NCBI GenBank assembly: GCA_900617105.1
Contig: UYFQ01000057.1
Span: forward strand, 124,001-161,473
From: Hydrurus foetidus
Lineage: Eukaryota
Direction: 5' to 3'
Length of the DNA: 37,473 bases
Shown here: in pieces, positions 33,522 to 37,473 of the stretch
How the letters are laid out: every line of letters starts with the position of its first letter
Position numbering within the stretch: the first letter of the stretch is position 1
Notes under the pieces: model-generated
Databases searched by the model: none
Seen by the model: only the letters and a program-made list of their open reading frames with translations
Told to the model about the DNA's origin: nothing
Position numbers and translations under genes: made by a program

Positions 33522-33803
33522 TCAGAGATTGGTTTTGACCGAGCGCTCGCGCACAAAACCAAAGGCGAACTGCAGCACCTCTTCGAGCGACAGCTCGATG
33601 GCATGGCGCTCCTGTTCGGTCAGGTAAAACATCATGTCCACATCGTGGCGCACATAGCGGGCGGGGAGGCGGTTCAGCGCCACACAAGCTACGTCGGCCA
33701 GCATGTCATTGGTGAAATCCTCAAAAGCCGACGAGCGACGCACCACCTCCTCGAAAACCAGTCGCTCGTAATAGTTGTGGACTTGCTCAAAGTTGAAATT
33801 CAT
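33522..33803 (-). CDS. ComFB-family protein
   Basis: VHNYYERLV...LADVACVALNRLPARYVRH. Confidence 0.85.
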   Translation of the reverse strand: MNFNFEQVHNYYERLVFEEVVRRSSAFEDFTNDMLADVACVALNRLPARYVRHDVDMMFYLTEQERHAIELSLEEVLQFAFGFVRERSVKTNL

Positions 33804-33900
33804 TCCAGTCTCCAGATGGTGCCTGCCTGCGGGCCTCCGATAGGCTGAACTTAGCATCTCCCCGAAAGACTGGCAAGAGCGCCCGCGCGGGCGTAAAAAT

Positions 33901-33959
33901 GAGCTTTTTGAGGGTTAGCCCCCGAAAAGTGAGCGCCACCAGCTATGAAACTTGTAGCA
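33901..33959 (+). repeat. ~59-bp dispersed repeat between ComFB and HxlR
   Basis: gagctttttgagggtTAGCCcccgaaaagtgaGCGCcaccAGCTATgaaacttgTAGCA. Confidence 0.75.
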
Positions 33960-34047
33960 GCCAGAAATCTGCGATATAGTTTCCCCTCATTTCAGCGGTT
34001 CGTGCCACGGCGCGCAGCCAGTCATGGTTTAGACAAAGGGTAAGGTA

Positions 34048-34359
34048 ATGAGTGCAAAAGAAACGGTCGCAGTGGGTCAATTGCTGGGGTTGCTGGAATC
34101 CCGCTACGCGATTCGTGTTTTGTGGGCCTTGCGAGACGGCCACGCACAAACCTTCCGCCTACTGCAAGACAGCGTGGGCGGCATCACCCCAAACACCTTG
34201 AATACCCGTATCAAGGAATTGCGCGAAGCCGGCCTGCTGACCCATGGCAGCGACGGCTACATCGTGACCCCGTCAGGCGCCGACCTGCTCAAGCGTTTGG
34301 GCGATTTGCAGGCATTTGCCGTCAAGTGGTCCACCAGCCTGGCCAAGAAAGCCAAGTAA
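34048..34359 (+). CDS. HxlR-type winged-helix regulator
   Basis: RYAIRVLWAL...FRLLQDSVGGITPNTLNTRIKELREAGLL...Y..T..G. Confidence 0.85.
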   Translation: MSAKETVAVGQLLGLLESRYAIRVLWALRDGHAQTFRLLQDSVGGITPNTLNTRIKELREAGLLTHGSDGYIVTPSGADLLKRLGDLQAFAVKWSTSLAKKAK

Positions 34360-34397
34360 ACCGGACCACGGGCCCCTGGCGGGCCCCGCTTCCCCAC

Positions 34398-34422
34398 AGA
34401 CAGGTTAGACCTGTCTTTTTTT
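34398..34422 (+). terminator. Intrinsic terminator
   Basis: AGACAGGT-TAG-ACCTGTCT followed by TTTTTT. Confidence 0.8.
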
Positions 34423-34441
34423 CGTCTGCGGCATAATTTAG

Positions 34442-34500
34442 GGTTTTCTGGCCCTTGGGCGCATGTGCGCCGCGTGCAGCCAGCTACTGTTTTTATAGCA
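34442..34500 (+). repeat. ~59-bp dispersed repeat upstream of FKBP (3' half conserved only)
   Basis: ...GTGCagccAGCTActgtttttaTAGCA in the same register. Confidence 0.55.
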
Positions 34501-34517
34501 CACTTAGGATATATCCC

Positions 34518-34871
34518 ATGAATACCACCGCGACCGGTCTGCAATACCTCGATACCACTGAAGGCGAAGGCACTGAAGCCAAAAAAGGCCAAGGCGTGAG
34601 CGTGCATTACACCGGCTGGCTTTACAACGACGACACTCAAGGTGCCAAGTTCGATTCCAGCCATGACCGCAACCAGCCCTTCCAATTCACCTTGGGCGCA
34701 GGCATGGTCATTCGTGGTTGGGACGAAGGCGTGGCGGGCATGAAGATTGGCGGCAAACGCACGCTGATTATCCCGTCGGAGCTGGGCTACGGCGCACGCG
34801 GTGCGGGCGGTGTAATTCCTGGCGGCGCTACGCTGAAGTTTGATGTGGAATTGCTGGCTGTTAAGGCTTAA
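34518..34871 (+). CDS. FKBP-type peptidyl-prolyl isomerase
   Basis: VHYTGWL, KFDSS.DR..PF.F.LG.GMVIRGWDEG, LIIPSELGYG, TLKFDVELL. Confidence 0.93.
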   Translation: MNTTATGLQYLDTTEGEGTEAKKGQGVSVHYTGWLYNDDTQGAKFDSSHDRNQPFQFTLGAGMVIRGWDEGVAGMKIGGKRTLIIPSELGYGARGAGGVIPGGATLKFDVELLAVKA

Positions 34872-34953
34872 TTCACGCTAAATTTGCATTTTTCACGTTC
34901 AGCCAGCCTCATCTGGTCACTTTGATCCGCGCGGCTTTCTTCTGATCAAAGCG

Positions 34954-34980
34954 CTTGAAATCCCCTGACAGGCCCCACTT
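34954..34980 (+). promoter_or_regulatory. Sigma32 heat-shock promoter for grpE
   Basis: CTTGAA-N13-CCCCACTT. Confidence 0.75.
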
Positions 34981-35015
34981 AAGGGCTTACCGATTAATTC
35001 ACTCTTTTAGCCAGC

Positions 35016-35550
35016 ATGTCCAAAATCAAAAATTTGAGGACAATGGCTTCCAGTATTCCACCGGGACCCCCAAGAGGCTGAAGCCGATGCGCTGGACCCA
35101 GGCGCAGGCCGAGCTGGCCGTGTTGCAGGCCAAAACAGCCTCTGGCAGAGCAATACCTGCGCGCCAAGGCCGATGCGCAAAACATCCGCCGCCGCGCAGA
35201 AGAAGATTCTCCAAGGCCCGCAAGTTCGCCGTCGAAGCTTTGCTGAAAGCCTGTTGCCCGTCACAGACAGCCTGGAAGCCGGTTTAGCGATCAAAGATGC
35301 CACCGCAGAGCAGATCCGCGAAGGCGCTGAAGCCACCCTGCGTCAGCTGAAAAGTGCGCTGGAGCGCAACAAGGTGATCGAAATCAATCCCGCTGCAGGC
35401 ACCAAGTTTGACCCGCACCAGCACCAGGCCATCAGCGTGGTGCCAGCCGAACAAGAAGCCAACACCGTCGTCACCGTGCTGCAAAAGGGCTACACCATCG
35501 CCGAGCGCGTGCTGCGTCCAGCCTTGGTGACAGTTTCCGCGCCTAAATAA
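35016..35550 (+). CDS. grpE: Nucleotide exchange factor GrpE (5' half frameshifted in this sequence)
   Basis: Fragments [45 protein letters not shown]...[10 protein letters not shown]. Confidence 0.88.
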
Positions 35551-35585
35551 ATTTCATCCTTTTTGCGGATAACTCAGCGGTTTGA

Positions 35586-35612
35586 CTTGAATCGCCAAAA
35601 GTTATCCACAAG
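35586..35612 (+). promoter_or_regulatory. Possible sigma32 promoter for dnaK overlapping a DnaA box
   Basis: CTTGAA at 35586-35591 with a weak -10 (ATCCACAA); TTATCCACA at 35602-35610. Confidence 0.5.
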
Positions 35613-35651
35613 TTAATCAACATCTAATTTTCATATTTCCGGAGTTAAAAA

Positions 35652-37473
35652 ATGGGAAGAATCATCGGTATCGACTTGGGAACCACCAACAGCTGCGTGG
35701 CCATCATGGAGGGCAATACCCCCAAGGTCATCGAGAACGCAGAAGGCGCGCGCACCACACCTTCTATCATTGCGTACCAGGAAGATGGCGAAGTGCTGGT
35801 CGGAGCATCCGCCAAGCGCCAGTCGGTGACCAATCCTAGAAACACCCTGTACGCGGTCAAACGCCTGATCGGCCGCAAGTTTTCCGAGAAGGAAGTGCAA
35901 AAGGACATCGACCTGATGCCCTACACCATCGCAGCGGCCGACAACGGCGACGCCTGGGTAGAAGTCCGCGGCAACCGCATGGCCCCCCAACAAGTTAGCG
36001 CCGACATTCTTCGCAAGATGAAGAAGACCGCTGAAGACTACCTCGGCGAAGAAGTAACCGAGGCAGTGATCACCGTGCCCGCCTACTTCAACGACGCACA
36101 ACGTCAAGCTACCAAAGACGCTGGCCGTATCGCCGGTCTGGATGTCAAGCGCATCATCAACGAACCCACCGCCGCGGCGTTGGCGTTTGGCCTGGACAAG
36201 AACGAAAAGGGCGACCGCAAAATCGCCGTGTACGACTTGGGTGGCGGCACGTTTGACGTCTCCATCATCGAAATCGCTGATGTCGATGGTGAGAAGCAAT
36301 TCGAAGTTCTCTCCACCAACGGCGACACATTCCTGGGTGGTGAAGATTTCGACCAAAAAATCATCGAATTCATCATCAGCGAGTTCAAGAAAGAACAAGG
36401 CGTGGACCTGGGCAAGGACGTGCTGGCCCTGCAACGTCTGAAGGAAGCCGCGGAAAAGGCCAAGATCGAGCTGTCCAGCAGCGCGCAGACCGACATCAAC
36501 TTGCCCTACGTGACAGCCGATGCGTCTGGCCCCAAGCACCTGAACATCAAGCTGACCCGCGCCAAGCTGGAATCCTTGGTGGAAGAACTGATCGAACGCA
36601 CCATCGCGCCTTGCCGCACGGCCCTGAAGGATGCGGGTGTTTCCGCATCTGACATCCATGACGTGATTTTGGTAGGCGGCATGACCCGCATGCCCAAGGT
36701 GCAAGAGAAGGTCAAGGAATTGTTCGGCAAGGAACCCCGCAAGGACGTGAACCCTGACGAAGCGGTTGCCGTGGGCGCTGCGATCCAGGGCCAAGTGCTG
36801 TCGGGCGACCGAAAGGACGTGTTGCTGCTCGACGTCACACCCCTGTCCCTTGGCATTGAGACTATGGGCGGTGTGATGACCAAGATGATCACCAAGAACA
36901 CGACCATCCCGACCAAGTTTGCACAAACCTTCTCGACGGCTGAAGACAACCAGCCTGCGGTGACGATCAAGGTATTTCAAGGTGAGCGCGAAATCGCCGT
37001 AGGCAACAAGATGCTGGGCGAATTCAATCTGGAAGGCATTCCACCATCGGCCCGCGGCACACCGCAAATTGAAGTGTCGTTTGACATCGACGCCAACGGC
37101 ATCTTGCACGTGGGCGCCAAGGACAAGGGCACCGGCAAGGAAAACAAGATCACCATCAAGGCCAACTCCGGCTTGTCCGAAGCAGAAATTCAGCAGATGG
37201 TGAAAGACGCCGAACTGAATGCCGCTGACGACAAGAAGAAGCTGGAACTGGTGCAGGCCAAGAACGAAGCGGATGCCAATGTGCACAGCGTCAAGAAGAG
37301 CCTGACCGAGTACGGCGACAAGCTCGACGCCGGCGAGAAGGAAAAGATCGAAGCCGCTATCAAAGACCTGGAAGACGTTCTGAAACAGGACGACAAGGAC
37401 GCGATAAAGGCCAAGAGCGAAGCACTGATGGCTGCCAGCCAGAAGCTGGGCGAGAAGATGTACGCCGACATGC
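35652..37473 (+). CDS. dnaK: Chaperone DnaK (runs off window end)
   Basis: Manual translation [65 protein letters not shown]. Confidence 0.97.
   Translation, partial: MGRIIGIDLGTTNSCVAIMEGNTPKVIENAEGARTTPSIIAYQEDGEVLVGASAKRQSVTNPRNTLYAVKRLIGRKFSEKEVQKDIDLMPYTIAAADNGDAWVEVRGNRMAPQQVSADILRKMKKTAEDYLGEEVTEAVITVPAYFNDAQRQATKDAGRIAGLDVKRIINEPTAAALAFGLDKNEKGDRKIAVYDLGGGTFDVSIIEIADVDGEKQFEVLSTNGDTFLGGEDFDQKIIEFIISEFKKEQGVDLGKDVLALQRLKEAAEKAKIELSSSAQTDINLPYVTADASGPKHLNIKLTRAKLESLVEELIERTIAPCRTALKDAGVSASDIHDVILVGGMTRMPKVQEKVKELFGKEPRKDVNPDEAVAVGAAIQGQVLSGDRKDVLLLDVTPLSLGIETMGGVMTKMITKNTTIPTKFAQTFSTAEDNQPAVTIKVFQGEREIAVGNKMLGEFNLEGIPPSARGTPQIEVSFDIDANGILHVGAKDKGTGKENKITIKANSGLSEAEIQQMVKDAELNAADDKKKLELVQAKNEADANVHSVKKSLTEYGDKLDAGEKEKIEAAIKDLEDVLKQDDKDAIKAKSEALMAASQKLGEKMYADM

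Noticed and set aside
35551..35651. Replication origin at the DnaA boxes
   Set aside because: Only two boxes in a 100-bp spacer, with no dnaA/gidA context or clear unwinding element.
35631..37286. 551-aa minus-strand ORF
   Set aside because: Antisense shadow of dnaK, a well-known artefact of codon bias.

Overview
GC-rich betaproteobacterial chromosomal window (gene content and style suggest Comamonadaceae, Rhodoferax-like; inference). In order: a partial LysR divergent from a polyamine ABC transporter plus patD-gabT-gabD; a MarR-OMF-EmrAB efflux operon; scoAB with a divergent PAS-LuxR; TetR/DUF1348/cynS; a decaying accessory tract (OsmC and transglutaminase remnants, DUF1330, internally deleted sugar-binding protein coupled to an MCP); katG, a broken AhpD-like gene and ggt; then dnaG-rpoD, aroE, ComFB, HxlR, FKBP, grpE and dnaK (partial). 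The most notable signal is a dispersed ~59-bp repeat with 5-6 gaplessly alignable copies. One copy lies in frame inside the efflux outer-membrane protein gene, one supplies the MCP stop codon and one forms the rpoD terminator. Several genes carry internal deletions at apparent microhomologies. Single-base frameshifts in dnaG, rpoD and grpE (29.3-35.3 kb) are most likely sequencing errors.
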